Positions 32,527-42,213 are shown, counted from the first letter of the stretch. The stretch: 51,483 bases of DNA from Nitrososphaerales archaeon (GCA_035300255.1 DATGVR010000042.1:1-51483), one strand, 5' to 3'. The notes: a model not told the origin generated them from the sequence alone. Program-made: numbers and translations.

Positions 32527-32594
32527 AGCCTGTCGTGGGAAACCGCGTTGTGGGTTCAAATCCCACTCCCGGCGCTCATTGATTCCACAAACAC

Positions 32595-32600
32595 TATAAA
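32595..32600 (+). promoter_or_regulatory. TATAAA box upstream of guaB
   Basis: Ends 24 nt before GTG 32624, consistent with a leaderless mRNA. Confidence 0.4.
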
Positions 32601-32623
32601 GCCAAGAAGCAAGCGGAAGTCAG

Positions 32624-34099
32624 GTGAAGGGTCCCGCTCCCGACCTGAGGGTCGGCCTCACTTTTGACGATGTCCTCCTAGTCCCGAAATTCTCCAACGT
32701 AAAGTCCAGGAAGGAAGCAGACACCGTCACCAGGTTTTCCCGCCGAATCAAGTTGACCATCCCGGTGGTCAGCGCCAACATGGACACTGTTACCGAGTCC
32801 TCCATGGCGATAGCAATGGCCCGTCTCGGAGGCATAGGTGTCATCCACAGGTTCCTCTCCCTGGAAGAGGAGGTGGCCGAGGTTCTCAAAGTGAAAAGGT
32901 CCGAAGGGGTCGTCATCGAAGACCCGATTACCCTCGGTCCCGAGGGGACCGTCAAAGAGGCCTGGGACATCATAAGGGAACGCGACATCGGGGGAATCGT
33001 TGTCGTCGGCAAGGACCGCAGGGTCTTGGGACTTCTAACAAGGAGAGACATCACCCTGGAAGAAGATCTGGACAGGAAAGTAAAAACGGTCATGACCCCA
33101 AAGAGTGATTTGATCACCGCACACAAGGGAGTGACCCTCGAGCAGGCTAGAAAGATCCTTCATGAGAACAAAGTCGAGAAGCTCCCACTGGTCGACAGGA
33201 ACGGGAAGCTTGCAGGCCTGATTACATCCAAGGACATCATGAAGAGACGACAGTTTCCTTCAGCGACCAAGGACGCCAAGGGTAGGCTAAGGGTGGCGGC
33301 GGCTGTGGGCGTAAAGGGGGACCATATGGCGCGATCTAGAAGGCTCTTGGACGCCGGAGCTGATGCCCTGGTTGTGGACATCGCTCACGGCCATTCATCC
33401 TACGCAATCGACACCGTGCGAGAAATCAAGAAAGAACTGGGGGATGTGGAGGTAGTGGCTGGGAACGTGGCGACGGCGAGAGGCGCGCTCGACCTGATAA
33501 GAGCAGGTGCCGACGCTGTCAAGGTTGGGGTAGGCTCGGGGAGCATCTGCGTCACCAGGGTCGTCACGGGGTCTGGAGTCCCGCAACTGACCGCGATAAT
33601 GGACAGCTCAGCCGGGGCCGCCGACAGCGATGTCCCGATGATCGGCGACGGGGGCGTAAGGAACCCAGGAGATGTCACCAAGGCGCTCGCTGCCGGCGCT
33701 TCCACAGTGATGATTGGGAGCCTTTTCGCCGGAACCGAAGAAAGTCCGGGTCCGACAATTCTCAGGGACGGAGTCAGGTACAAGCTAACCAGAGGGATGG
33801 CCTCGCTGGCGGCCACCCTCGACCGCCGCGTAAGGGAGAGCGGACATGGCGCCCAACGGGAGGATGAGCTCATCGAGGAAGTCATCGAGGAAAGCGTCCC
33901 GGAGGGGGTCGAGGGCCTCATCCCCTACAAGGGGAGGGTCGACGAAGTGGTCAAACAGCTTGTCGGGGGGCTAAGGTCTGGTATGAGTTACTCCGGGGCT
34001 CACACACTGGATGAGCTCAGAAAGAATGCCGAGTTCATGAGGATAACTGCGGCGGGTCACAAAGAAAGCCTTCCCCACGACATCCAGAAGGTAGTCTAG
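32624..34099 (+). CDS. guaB: IMP dehydrogenase with CBS pair
   Basis: [32 protein letters not shown] (catalytic Cys loop), GGVRNPGDV. Confidence 0.95.
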   Translation: MKGPAPDLRVGLTFDDVLLVPKFSNVKSRKEADTVTRFSRRIKLTIPVVSANMDTVTESSMAIAMARLGGIGVIHRFLSLEEEVAEVLKVKRSEGVVIEDPITLGPEGTVKEAWDIIRERDIGGIVVVGKDRRVLGLLTRRDITLEEDLDRKVKTVMTPKSDLITAHKGVTLEQARKILHENKVEKLPLVDRNGKLAGLITSKDIMKRRQFPSATKDAKGRLRVAAAVGVKGDHMARSRRLLDAGADALVVDIAHGHSSYAIDTVREIKKELGDVEVVAGNVATARGALDLIRAGADAVKVGVGSGSICVTRVVTGSGVPQLTAIMDSSAGAADSDVPMIGDGGVRNPGDVTKALAAGASTVMIGSLFAGTEESPGPTILRDGVRYKLTRGMASLAATLDRRVRESGHGAQREDELIEEVIEESVPEGVEGLIPYKGRVDEVVKQLVGGLRSGMSYSGAHTLDELRKNAEFMRITAAGHKESLPHDIQKVV

Positions 34100-34109
34100 C
34101 ACGGGGAAC

Positions 34110-35315
34110 CTGTCTGTCATCGGGCTCCAATGGGGGGATGAAGGAAAAGGGAAGGTTGTCGATTATCTGGCCGGTCAGTACGACGCGGTCGCGCGGTTCA
34201 ACGGCGGGAGCAACGCAGGCCATACGGTGGTCATCGGGGGCAGGAAACACACCTTCCACCTCATCCCGTCGGGGGCTCTGAAAGGGAAGGAACTCTTGAT
34301 CGGGGCAGGGGTCGCCGTTGACCCCGTCGTACTTGGAGAAGAACTCTCGCTCCTCCCTGACGACGTCAAAGGTAGGCTTGTGGTCGACGATAGGTGCAGT
34401 CTGGTCTCGCCCATGGACAAACAACTTGACGCCGTTCTGGAAGAGATGAGGGGACCGTCTGCCATCGGAACCACCAGGCGGGGGGTAGGGCCGTCCTTCG
34501 CGGCCAGGGCTCTCCGTCTATCACCAAGGGTGTCCGACCTGATGCGAGGGTTTGATTTTGCAGCTTTGGTCCGATTCTACGAGAAGCTCTCTGTTGACTC
34601 GGCGGGACTGATATCCTGGTCCGAGGAGTCAAAGGAGCTCCTGGAAGGAATAGTGGGGAGTGCCAGCGCCCGGATCACGGAAATAATCGAGCGGGGCGGG
34701 AACGTCCTCTTTGAGGGTTCGCAGGGGACCCTGCTTGACCTGATTCACGGATCGTACCCCTTCGTTACAGGAACACACACTACCGCGAGCTACATCCCGG
34801 CGTCGCTTGGAATCCCGCCTTCTGCGGCTGGGGAGTCCCTCGGGGTCATGAAGTGCTATGCGACCAGGGTCGGGAGCGGTCCATTCCCCACTGAGGTCAA
34901 AGGTCCTGTCGCGGACAACATTCGTTCCATTGGGAATGAATACGGGGCCACAACCGGGCGCCCCAGGCGTGTCGGCTGGCTGGACCTCGTGGCCCTAAGG
35001 TACAGCCTCGCCCTAAACGGCTCCGAAAAAATCGTGGTTTCGAAGCTCGACGTTCTCTCCCAAATCAGAGACTTCAAAGTCTGCGTGGCATACAACCACC
35101 AGGGTTCGGAGACCACGGATTTCCAGGGGTCTCTGGCTCACCTTGACGATGTGGAACCGGTCTATGTATCACCATTCTCTTTGCACGGCGCCAGGTACGA
35201 CAGCGGGCTCCCCGGAGAGGGCAAGAAGCTGGTCGACTACCTGGAGAAGGAGCTCCGAGTGGGCGTAACTATGGTTTCCCATGGAGAAGAGAGGTCCAAG
35301 ACCATTGAGCTTTGA
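34110..35315 (+). CDS. purA: adenylosuccinate synthetase, apparent CTG start
   Basis: The P-loop GLQWGDEGKGK (34122-34154) and NAGHT lie upstream of the first canonical start (GTG 34227). The frame opens at 34095. CTG 34110 gives MSVIGLQWGDEGKGK. Confidence 0.85.
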   Translation: MSVIGLQWGDEGKGKVVDYLAGQYDAVARFNGGSNAGHTVVIGGRKHTFHLIPSGALKGKELLIGAGVAVDPVVLGEELSLLPDDVKGRLVVDDRCSLVSPMDKQLDAVLEEMRGPSAIGTTRRGVGPSFAARALRLSPRVSDLMRGFDFAALVRFYEKLSVDSAGLISWSEESKELLEGIVGSASARITEIIERGGNVLFEGSQGTLLDLIHGSYPFVTGTHTTASYIPASLGIPPSAAGESLGVMKCYATRVGSGPFPTEVKGPVADNIRSIGNEYGATTGRPRRVGWLDLVALRYSLALNGSEKIVVSKLDVLSQIRDFKVCVAYNHQGSETTDFQGSLAHLDDVEPVYVSPFSLHGARYDSGLPGEGKKLVDYLEKELRVGVTMVSHGEERSKTIEL

Positions 35316-36582
35316 TTCGATCTCACCAATAGACGGCAGGTACAGGGCTGAGGCCGATGCTCTGGCAGCCTATTTCTCCGAGCAGGCGTTGACCAGGGAA
35401 CGGATCAGTGTGGAGCTGTCCTATCTCCGTCTTCTAGTGAAGCTCGGGGTCGCCCCGCGTGTAAGCGTCCCAAGGGTCGAACCCAACATGATGGAGGTCA
35501 AGAGGCTGGAGGAAGAGCTGGGGCACGATGTCAAGGCCGTCGAGGTCTTCCTTCGCAGCTCACTGAAGCGCTTGGGGGCCGCCCGACTCTCCCCCTACGT
35601 TCATCTCGGCCTTACCAGCGAAGACACGAACAGCCTCGCCTATGCCCTCCTACTGAAGTCCGCAATGGAGGAGGTCTTGGTCCCCGCCTACACTTCATTG
35701 GCTACAGAACTGGCGAAGATCGCGAGAAGAGAGGCTGCCACCGCGATGGTAGCCAGGACGCATGGCAGGCCAGCGGTCCCCACCACCTTCGGCAAGGAGA
35801 TGGCAGTCTTCGCAGTAAGAATCGCCGAACGGGTCTCCGTCCTGCGTAGGCTCCGCCCTCAGGCCAAATTCACAGGGGCGGTTGGGACCTTTGCATCATT
35901 CGCCCTTCTTGCAGCCAGGGACTGGCCCGACGAGCTTTCGCGGTTCGTTGGTGGCTTTGAAGTCGAACCCGCAACATATTCGACCCAGGTGGTTCCCGGA
36001 GAGCGACTCTCCGACATCTTGCACTATGTCATCAACGTCAACCAACTGGTGCTCTCCCTCTCCCGAGACCTTTGGCTCTACCAGGCGCTCGACCTTATTC
36101 ACTTCTTGCGCCCGGGCAAGGTGAGCTCGTCGACAATGCCACAGAAGGTCAACCCGGTTGACCTCGAGAACGCCGAAGGGCAGGTGGAAGTCTCCAATTC
36201 TCTGCTCATTCTCTTGGCGTACCGTCTCCAGGTGACGCGCCTTCAGCGCGACCTCTCTGACTCGGTGGTCCGGAGGATGCTTGGCCAGGCCCTGGCGCAC
36301 TCGCTGGTGGCCACCTCGAGGCTCAAGTCGTCTCTCTTATCCATGAAAGTGGAAAAGTCGGCGATGTCCCGAGACCTCAGAGCGCATCCCGAAGTCTACG
36401 CTGAACGGGAACAGATTTCGCTAAGGCTTCGCGGGGACGAGCACGGGTACGAGAAAATCAAGGCTGCCATTGAGCTCGGAAAGTTCTCCCCCTCCCGAAA
36501 ATCAAGGGACTCCTACCTTGGGGCGGCACCTCTCCTCGCCAGACGATGTCCTTCCGTCGTCAGGCGATTGTTAAGTGCCTAG
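35281..36582 (+). CDS. purB: adenylosuccinate lyase
   Basis: ISPIDGRY, GLTSEDTNS, SSTMPQKVNP (fumarate-lyase signature). Start is ATG 35281 (35-nt overlap with purA) or TTG 35305. Confidence 0.9.
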   Translation: MEKRGPRPLSFDSISPIDGRYRAEADALAAYFSEQALTRERISVELSYLRLLVKLGVAPRVSVPRVEPNMMEVKRLEEELGHDVKAVEVFLRSSLKRLGAARLSPYVHLGLTSEDTNSLAYALLLKSAMEEVLVPAYTSLATELAKIARREAATAMVARTHGRPAVPTTFGKEMAVFAVRIAERVSVLRRLRPQAKFTGAVGTFASFALLAARDWPDELSRFVGGFEVEPATYSTQVVPGERLSDILHYVINVNQLVLSLSRDLWLYQALDLIHFLRPGKVSSSTMPQKVNPVDLENAEGQVEVSNSLLILLAYRLQVTRLQRDLSDSVVRRMLGQALAHSLVATSRLKSSLLSMKVEKSAMSRDLRAHPEVYAEREQISLRLRGDEHGYEKIKAAIELGKFSPSRKSRDSYLGAAPLLARRCPSVVRRLLSA

Positions 36583-37598
36583 TTCTTGAACACCCAGCCG
36601 AGGTCCGGCGGGAAGCTCCTTCTATCCACTCTCTCGTTGAGTGCGTGGGCGACTAGGGGAAGAGCAAGCGTGATGTCTGCATAGAGCGTCGCCTTCTTCG
36701 CCTCTGACGAGATCTTTCCCCAGCTTATCGCCTCTTCTAGGGTGCACCCCGAAAGTCCACCCCACTGGGGACTGTCCGCTGTAATCTGGATGGCGAACTC
36801 GTGGGGAGTTTCTTCCTCCCCCCCTTTGGCGAGTGACTTTATGATGGTCGAAAGCTGGATGGTGTCCTTGGGGACCCCTCCTCCGAGATATACGACCCCC
36901 GTCCTCTTTGTCTTCTCTGCGATCTGCGCCAGCTCCTCCATGTCTTTCGTCTGATCAAGCCTGATCAGCCTCCCCTTCTGTCTCCTCAGGAGGCTCAGCG
37001 CCACCCCATATCCGCTGTCTATCAGCCCCGGCGAGTAGATGGGGACCCCTGCTTTGTAGGCGGCAGCAGCTATGCTCGCGATTCCTTTGTTCGAAAGGAA
37101 CTCCCCGAACCTGTGGAGGAACTCCCGGGTCGAGTACACATCCCGTGCGTCTAGAGTCGCCGCGAATTTGTATATCGTGTTCTCCAACTTGCGATATTGC
37201 ATCTCGTCAGCATAGACGTCGTAGAACCTGTCCACCTTGAGTCTTAGTAGTTCCTCGTCGTCTGCGAGCCAAGTTCCCTGATAATAGTGGTATCCCAGCG
37301 CCTCGAGAATGTCCTCGGAAATGTTTGCCCCTGTGCTCACAATAACATCGACGTACCTCTTCTCCACGAGCCAGCGTATGATCTTCCATTGCCCAGTCGT
37401 GCTAAGGGAGCCCGACAGGCCGAGAAATATGGTGAGGCCTTTCTGTTTTGCCATGTCAGCCCATATTTTCGCCACCTCTCCGAGCTTCTTCCCCTGGAAC
37501 CCTGTCTGAGACATCTCATCCAGAAGGGCAGAGACGCTCTTCTTGCCGACCTCGATGGTCGCCACTGGCTTCGATAGTACTTCCTTCTTGGATACCAC
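36579..37598 (-). CDS. dys: deoxyhypusine synthase
   Basis: FLGLSGSLSTTGQ, VDVIVSTGANISED, GGGVPKD. Length is 339 aa. GTG start with ATAATTAA 24-31 nt upstream. Confidence 0.9.
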   Translation of the reverse strand: MVSKKEVLSKPVATIEVGKKSVSALLDEMSQTGFQGKKLGEVAKIWADMAKQKGLTIFLGLSGSLSTTGQWKIIRWLVEKRYVDVIVSTGANISEDILEALGYHYYQGTWLADDEELLRLKVDRFYDVYADEMQYRKLENTIYKFAATLDARDVYSTREFLHRFGEFLSNKGIASIAAAAYKAGVPIYSPGLIDSGYGVALSLLRRQKGRLIRLDQTKDMEELAQIAEKTKRTGVVYLGGGVPKDTIQLSTIIKSLAKGGEEETPHEFAIQITADSPQWGGLSGCTLEEAISWGKISSEAKKATLYADITLALPLVAHALNERVDRRSFPPDLGWVFKN

Positions 37599-37685
37599 GC
37601 CGTGGCTTCTGCTTGGTTCACTTAATTATCTTGTGAGCGGGTTTTCTCCTGACGGCCCCAGAGAAGGATCCGCCGCTTGAATCTT

Positions 37686-39452
37686 TTACTTGACGGTCAC
37701 AGACTTCGCGAGGTTCCGCGGATAATCAGGGTCGTTGCGTTTTGCGACAGCCATGTGGTATGCGAGGAGTTGGAGGGGTATCGCCTCGACGATCGGGGTG
37801 AACTTCGCCTGGACCTTGGGGAGTCGGACATAATGCTTGTACACGCTGTCCTCGACGTCGGAAACTCCGATCACATCTGCTCCTCTGGCCTTCAGTTCCT
37901 CCGCGCTCGACAGCGAGTCCTCGTGGGCGTCCCCGCTGGGGTTCAAGACGACTACCGGGGTCCCCTTCTCAATGAGGGCCAGGGTCCCGTGTTTGAGTTC
38001 GCTGGCCGGCATCCCTTCCGCGTGGATGTAAGAGAGCTCCTTCAGCTTGAGTGCCCCTTCCAACGCCACGGGGCTCTCGTATCCCCTGGCGACGAAGTAG
38101 AAGTCTGGCCTGTCCTTGTATTCGTGTACAAGGTCGCGAATCTGCTCGTCGCACTTCAGGGCTTCAACCACCGCTTCCGAGAGTTCTTTTATTCCGTTCG
38201 AACGTTTCTTTCCGAGGACCGCGTCCACCACCATGCTTGCCACTACGACCTGGGCGGTGAAACTCTTCGTGGCGGCGACCCCGACTTCGGGCCCGCAGTT
38301 CAGAAGGAGGACTCCATCGCTTTCTCGTGCCAGCGTCGAGCCGGCCGCGTTGACAATGGAGTAGACCTTCGCCCCTCTGATCTTAGCCCCCTTTACCGCC
38401 TCCAAAACATCAGCCGTCTCCCCGCTTTGGGAGAAAGCAACCACAACCGAGCCCTTCTTCAGGAATCCTGAGTGCTCCTTCAGCTCCCCCGCGACAACCG
38501 TGTCCGCCCTGAGGTTCGCCTCCTTGTTCAGCCGGAATTTCATCAGGAGTCCTGCGTGGTACGAAGTCCCTGATGCCGTAATGTAGAGCGACTTGGCCCT
38601 CCTGATCGCCCGGGCGAACTCCTCCACCTTCCCCGGCGCTTGAACGGAAGCTGTGACGACCGTCTGCGGCTGCTCATTGATCTCCTTCAGCGTGTAGTGT
38701 GCGAAATCACTCTTGGAGATATCCGAAAGCTCCCACGCGACTTGGGTCGGCTTGCGCTTGACTTCTTTCCCCCCGGGCCCTATTATCTTTACTCCGTCCT
38801 TGCTGATCTCCACGACCTCGAAATTGTCCAAGAATATCGTCCTATCCGTGTGCCCGATGAAGGCGAGGACATCGCTGGCAATGAACATCTTGCCGTCCCC
38901 CACCCCGACGATGAGCGGAGCGTCCTTCCTCGCCCCGACGATGACGTCCGGTCTGTCCTGAAACATCAAAGCGATCGCATATTGCCCCTTGAGTCTCTTC
39001 GTTGCTGCGACTGTCGCCTTGACTGGATCCTTCGTTCGCTTGTACTCATCCTCAACTAGATGTGCTATCACCTCGGTGTCAGTCTCGCTCCGGAACCTGT
39101 GCCCCTTGGCGAAGAGCGACTTCTTCAGAGGGACATAGTTCTCGATTATGCCGTTGTGGATGACGGCCACGAGTTCCTTGCATGACGTATGGGGATGCGC
39201 GTTCTCGACTGTGACCCCGCCGTGGGTCGCCCACCTCGTGTGGGCCATCCCGGTGTTCCCCTTGAGCTTCGATAATTCATGCTCTTCTTCGATTTCGTTC
39301 ACCCTCCCAACCCCTTTCCTGAGGGTCAACATGCCCCCGTCGATTGTTGCCATCCCTGCCGAGTCGTACCCTCTGTATTCGACTCTCCTCAGACCTTCGA
39401 GGAGGATGCCGGCCACCGGCTCCTCAGCCACGCACCCTATGATCCCGCACAT
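37686..39452 (-). CDS. glmS: glutamine--fructose-6-phosphate aminotransferase (isomerizing)
   Basis: MCGIIG N-terminal nucleophile, two SIS domains, and a C-terminal NLAKSVTV(K/E) ending. Confidence 0.95.
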   Translation of the reverse strand: MCGIIGCVAEEPVAGILLEGLRRVEYRGYDSAGMATIDGGMLTLRKGVGRVNEIEEEHELSKLKGNTGMAHTRWATHGGVTVENAHPHTSCKELVAVIHNGIIENYVPLKKSLFAKGHRFRSETDTEVIAHLVEDEYKRTKDPVKATVAATKRLKGQYAIALMFQDRPDVIVGARKDAPLIVGVGDGKMFIASDVLAFIGHTDRTIFLDNFEVVEISKDGVKIIGPGGKEVKRKPTQVAWELSDISKSDFAHYTLKEINEQPQTVVTASVQAPGKVEEFARAIRRAKSLYITASGTSYHAGLLMKFRLNKEANLRADTVVAGELKEHSGFLKKGSVVVAFSQSGETADVLEAVKGAKIRGAKVYSIVNAAGSTLARESDGVLLLNCGPEVGVAATKSFTAQVVVASMVVDAVLGKKRSNGIKELSEAVVEALKCDEQIRDLVHEYKDRPDFYFVARGYESPVALEGALKLKELSYIHAEGMPASELKHGTLALIEKGTPVVVLNPSGDAHEDSLSSAEELKARGADVIGVSDVEDSVYKHYVRLPKVQAKFTPIVEAIPLQLLAYHMAVAKRNDPDYPRNLAKSVTVK

Positions 39453-39479
39453 CTCGCCGAACCTCCTCCCCCACCCTCT

Positions 39480-39485
39480 TTAAGT
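39480..39485 (-). promoter_or_regulatory. TATA-like box (CTTAAA on the minus strand) upstream of glmS
   Basis: Lies 28-33 nt upstream of ATG 39452. Confidence 0.35.
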
Positions 39486-39605
39486 GCCATACAACATTCT
39501 ACCATACCCTGCATACCTGGCTTGGCATGCTCCGAGCGCCGGAGCAGCCTCGATACCTGGCACCATGCAAAACCGTTTAGTAGTGGTATCCCCGTGTCCA
39601 GTCAA

Positions 39606-40556
39606 GTGCCCAAAGAGAAGATCCTGTTCGACCCGAAGTCGGAAGCGGGTCTCGCCAAGCGAGTCCTCGTCTCGGACAAACCCGACGGCTTCATGCCAGC
39701 ATCAGGGAAGGTAGGCCAGAAAGTACTAGCCCTCCTCTCCTCGGGCCCCGAGTATCCTGCAGAGATGGCCCGGACATTGAACATCCACCATCAGACAATC
39801 TATTACCATATAGGAAGACTCGAGAAGGCCGGCCTAATCTCCCGTGTGCGGAGCGAGCACATACGGGGAGGAGAAGCCAACCTCTTCGCCCTCGCCTCAG
39901 ACGGATACGCCGTCGAGTTCCCCGTCAGGGGAGAGCCGATGCCAACGCTGAGGTCCTCGAGCCGTTCAAAAGCCCTTGGGCGCTTCTTCAAGGAGTTCTT
40001 CGAAAAGGGAGAGTTCGAGGGATGGGTTGTGGTCGGTTCACCTCTTCAGCACGGCGAGGCCGGGACCCAGGCCAGGGATGGACACTACGCGGTCCAGCTG
40101 GGCTTCGCCCTCGGCCAGTTCGTGAACCTCCCGTCGAGGTTTCCAGTGAAGCTCGACGTCGACCTGAGGGCGGAGAAACTCCTCGCTTCTAACCTGATAG
40201 TCGTCGGCGGTCCGAGGACCAACGTGATAGCAGAGGAGCTGAACCCTCATCTGAAGATCAGGTTCAGCCAAAGCGGGTTTTGGGGTTCGGTCGTGGACGA
40301 AACCGGAAAGTCCTATGCCTCAGAGCTCGACTGCATCGTGGAGAAGGCGCGCAATCCCTGGGACCCTCAGAAAACTTGCGTGATCGTTGCGGGACTCACG
40401 GGGGCAGGTACGAAGGCCGCGATAATCGGGATCTGCAACTTCGCCGAGGTCCTCTTCCAGAAGTACAGGTCGGGGGACTACGCTGCTCTCCTAAGAGGGG
40501 TCGACCGAGATGGGGACGGGAAAGTCGACTCAGTTGATGTGCTAAAGCAGTTTTGA
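39606..40556 (+). CDS. ArsR-like winged-helix protein with uncharacterised C-terminal domain ending in a DxDxDG loop
   Basis: wHTH GQKVLALLSSGPEYPAEMARTLNIHHQTIYYHIGRLEKAGLISR. The C-terminal ~200 aa contain IVVGGPRTN and VDRDGDGKVD. GTG 39606 lies 24-30 nt after TTTAGTA, with ATG 39693 as an alternative. The listed start 39279 lies inside glmS on the opposite strand. Confidence 0.6.
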   Translation: MPKEKILFDPKSEAGLAKRVLVSDKPDGFMPASGKVGQKVLALLSSGPEYPAEMARTLNIHHQTIYYHIGRLEKAGLISRVRSEHIRGGEANLFALASDGYAVEFPVRGEPMPTLRSSSRSKALGRFFKEFFEKGEFEGWVVVGSPLQHGEAGTQARDGHYAVQLGFALGQFVNLPSRFPVKLDVDLRAEKLLASNLIVVGGPRTNVIAEELNPHLKIRFSQSGFWGSVVDETGKSYASELDCIVEKARNPWDPQKTCVIVAGLTGAGTKAAIIGICNFAEVLFQKYRSGDYAALLRGVDRDGDGKVDSVDVLKQF

Positions 40557-40560
40557 AGTT

Positions 40561-40965
40561 CTAGGCCCTTCTTCCCCTGCGTCCGCCCTTCTTCCTGGTG
40601 GTGTCATGAGGTATCGGGGTCGCGTCCTCTATCCTCCCAATCTTGAAGCCCGCCCGTGCAATGGCGCGTATCGCAGCTTGCGCTCCGGGCCCAGGCGTCC
40701 TCGGCCCAGTGCCACCAACTGCTCTGACTTTGATGTGTACCGCGGTTATGCCCTTCGATTTTGCAACGTCAGAAGCAGCCGAGGCGCTCCTCATGGCGGC
40801 GTAGGGCGACGACTCGAACCTGTCCGCCTTGACATGCCTTCCTCCCGAAGAGAATGAAATCGTCTCTGCGCCCGTCAGGTCCGTGATATGTACAATCGTG
40901 TTGTTGTAAGACGAGTATATGTGAACGACACCCCATCTGTCGGTAAGGACTTCTTCCTCAGCCAT
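40561..40965 (-). CDS. rps11: 30S ribosomal protein uS11
   Basis: [19 protein letters not shown]...[10 protein letters not shown]. Confidence 0.95.
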   Translation of the reverse strand: MAEEEVLTDRWGVVHIYSSYNNTIVHITDLTGAETISFSSGGRHVKADRFESSPYAAMRSASAASDVAKSKGITAVHIKVRAVGGTGPRTPGPGAQAAIRAIARAGFKIGRIEDATPIPHDTTRKKGGRRGRRA

Positions 40966-40971
40966 TCAGCG

Positions 40972-41526
40972 TCACTTCGCCTGGGCCGGCTGCACTTCGG
41001 CCGGGGCTTGCTGGTTCTCTTGCTTTGACTGTGCGGGTGCCGACGGGGATTGCTCGCGGCCAGTAAGCTTGACCACGCCTTCTTCTTGGCCACCGACTTC
41101 GTATCCTGGTATCGTGATCACTCTGTCACCCACCGCGACGTGACCGTGAACAATCAACTGCCTTGAATGAAGGGGTGAGAGAGCCATCCCATTCTTGAAT
41201 ACCATCGTTTGCAATCTTCTCGAAAGAACGTCCTCCACCGTAAGACTCAGAATGTCGTCAAGCGATGCTGCCTCACCCACCAAACCTCTTCTCTTCAAGC
41301 TGTCAAGCAGTTTCTTCTCCTCCCTGAGCCTGACCGCCTGCGTAGCAGCCAGAAGAGTCCTAGCCTGCTTCCTCACGGAGCTTAGCTGAGTCTGGGCTCT
41401 CCAAAGCTCCCTCTTGTTCCTGAGTCCGAAGGTGCCAAGGAGGTACAGCTCCTGCGCCAGCTGGTCTGCTCTCCATGGGCTCCTGGGCCTGCTGTACTGT
41501 TTCCTTGCCTTCTTCGGGTCTCCCAA
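40972..41526 (-). CDS. rps4: 30S ribosomal protein uS4
   Basis: MGDPKKARKQYSRPRSPW N-terminus and an S4 RNA-binding domain. TTG start. Confidence 0.9.
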   Translation of the reverse strand: MGDPKKARKQYSRPRSPWRADQLAQELYLLGTFGLRNKRELWRAQTQLSSVRKQARTLLAATQAVRLREEKKLLDSLKRRGLVGEAASLDDILSLTVEDVLSRRLQTMVFKNGMALSPLHSRQLIVHGHVAVGDRVITIPGYEVGGQEEGVVKLTGREQSPSAPAQSKQENQQAPAEVQPAQAK

Positions 41527-41529
41527 GTG

Positions 41530-42027
41530 TTACTTCTCTTCCCCCTTCTTGGCGGCTTCCTTGGCGGCCGCGACCAGTGTCGCCTTTCTGACCCCCACTG
41601 TCCGACCCTTCCTCCCGGTCGTCCTCGTCCTTTGACCCCTTACCTTGAGCCCAAGTCCATGCCTGATCCCCTTCCAACTCTGGATATCCTTCTCCGCTTG
41701 GATGTCGTTCTTCTGAACGAAGTCGAGGTCGGAGCCAAGGAGTTGTTTCGCTTCTCCGGTCTCAGGGTCTTTCCTCCTGTTGTAGAACCACGACGGGAGT
41801 GAAGCCTTGGCGGTGCTCTGGATCGCTTGCTCCACTTCACGAACCTGGTCCTCTGTGAGCGTGCCTAGCCTCACCCTCGGGTCAAGGCTGAGTTTCGTAG
41901 TTATCACCTGGGCGAAATTGTATCCCACCCCTTTCAAGTCCGACAGCGCCACAATCAGCTTTTTTCCTCCGTCGAGGTCCCTCCCCGATATCCTCACTAA
42001 GTGTCTGAATTCGGCCGCTTCCGACAT
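41530..42027 (-). CDS. rps13: 30S ribosomal protein uS13
   Basis: FRHLVRISGRDLDG...WKGIRHGLGLKVRGQRTRTTGR. TTATAA lies 28-33 nt upstream of ATG 42027. Confidence 0.95.
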   Translation of the reverse strand: MSEAAEFRHLVRISGRDLDGGKKLIVALSDLKGVGYNFAQVITTKLSLDPRVRLGTLTEDQVREVEQAIQSTAKASLPSWFYNRRKDPETGEAKQLLGSDLDFVQKNDIQAEKDIQSWKGIRHGLGLKVRGQRTRTTGRKGRTVGVRKATLVAAAKEAAKKGEEK

Positions 42028-42213
42028 ATTCCGGACCTGCCGTTCTCTGTGCTGTTATAAGTTTTGAAGGCTCTCATGTCATTTTTTGGGCGGGGTCCAG
42101 TCTATCCCCGTCACTATCCTGGCTCGAGCTTCCAAAACTTTTTAACCCGAACTTATTCCCGACCGCTGAAACGGGTCGTCTCATGGTTTCTCAAGACCTA
42201 GCGGGTGTAGTCG

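Larger units (their letters stand above)
32459..32574 (+). tRNA. tRNA-Ser (anticodon GGA), class II, with two 15-nt introns
   Basis: Acceptor GCCGGGG/TCCCGGC, discriminator G. T arm GTGGG-TTCAAAT-CCCAC. Long variable arm CGTGG-GAAA-CCGCG. The anticodon arm CAGGC-CTGGAAA-GCCTG appears only after removing 32489-32503 and 32512-32526, giving an 86-nt mature RNA. Confidence 0.85.

Noticed and set aside
37677-38471. 264-aa plus-strand ORF antisense to glmS. Similar long antisense ORFs occur at 25204-25998 and 23547-24239, opposite ribosomal protein genes.
   Set aside because: All are fully contained in strongly conserved genes on the other strand, and I recognised no motif in them.
39279-39605. 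N-terminal 109 codons of the listed 425-aa ORF (39279-40556)
   Set aside because: This part overlaps the 5' end of glmS on the opposite strand and is Pro/Ser-rich. The wHTH domain begins after the intergenic region, and GTG 39606 or ATG 39693 fits a TATA-like box.
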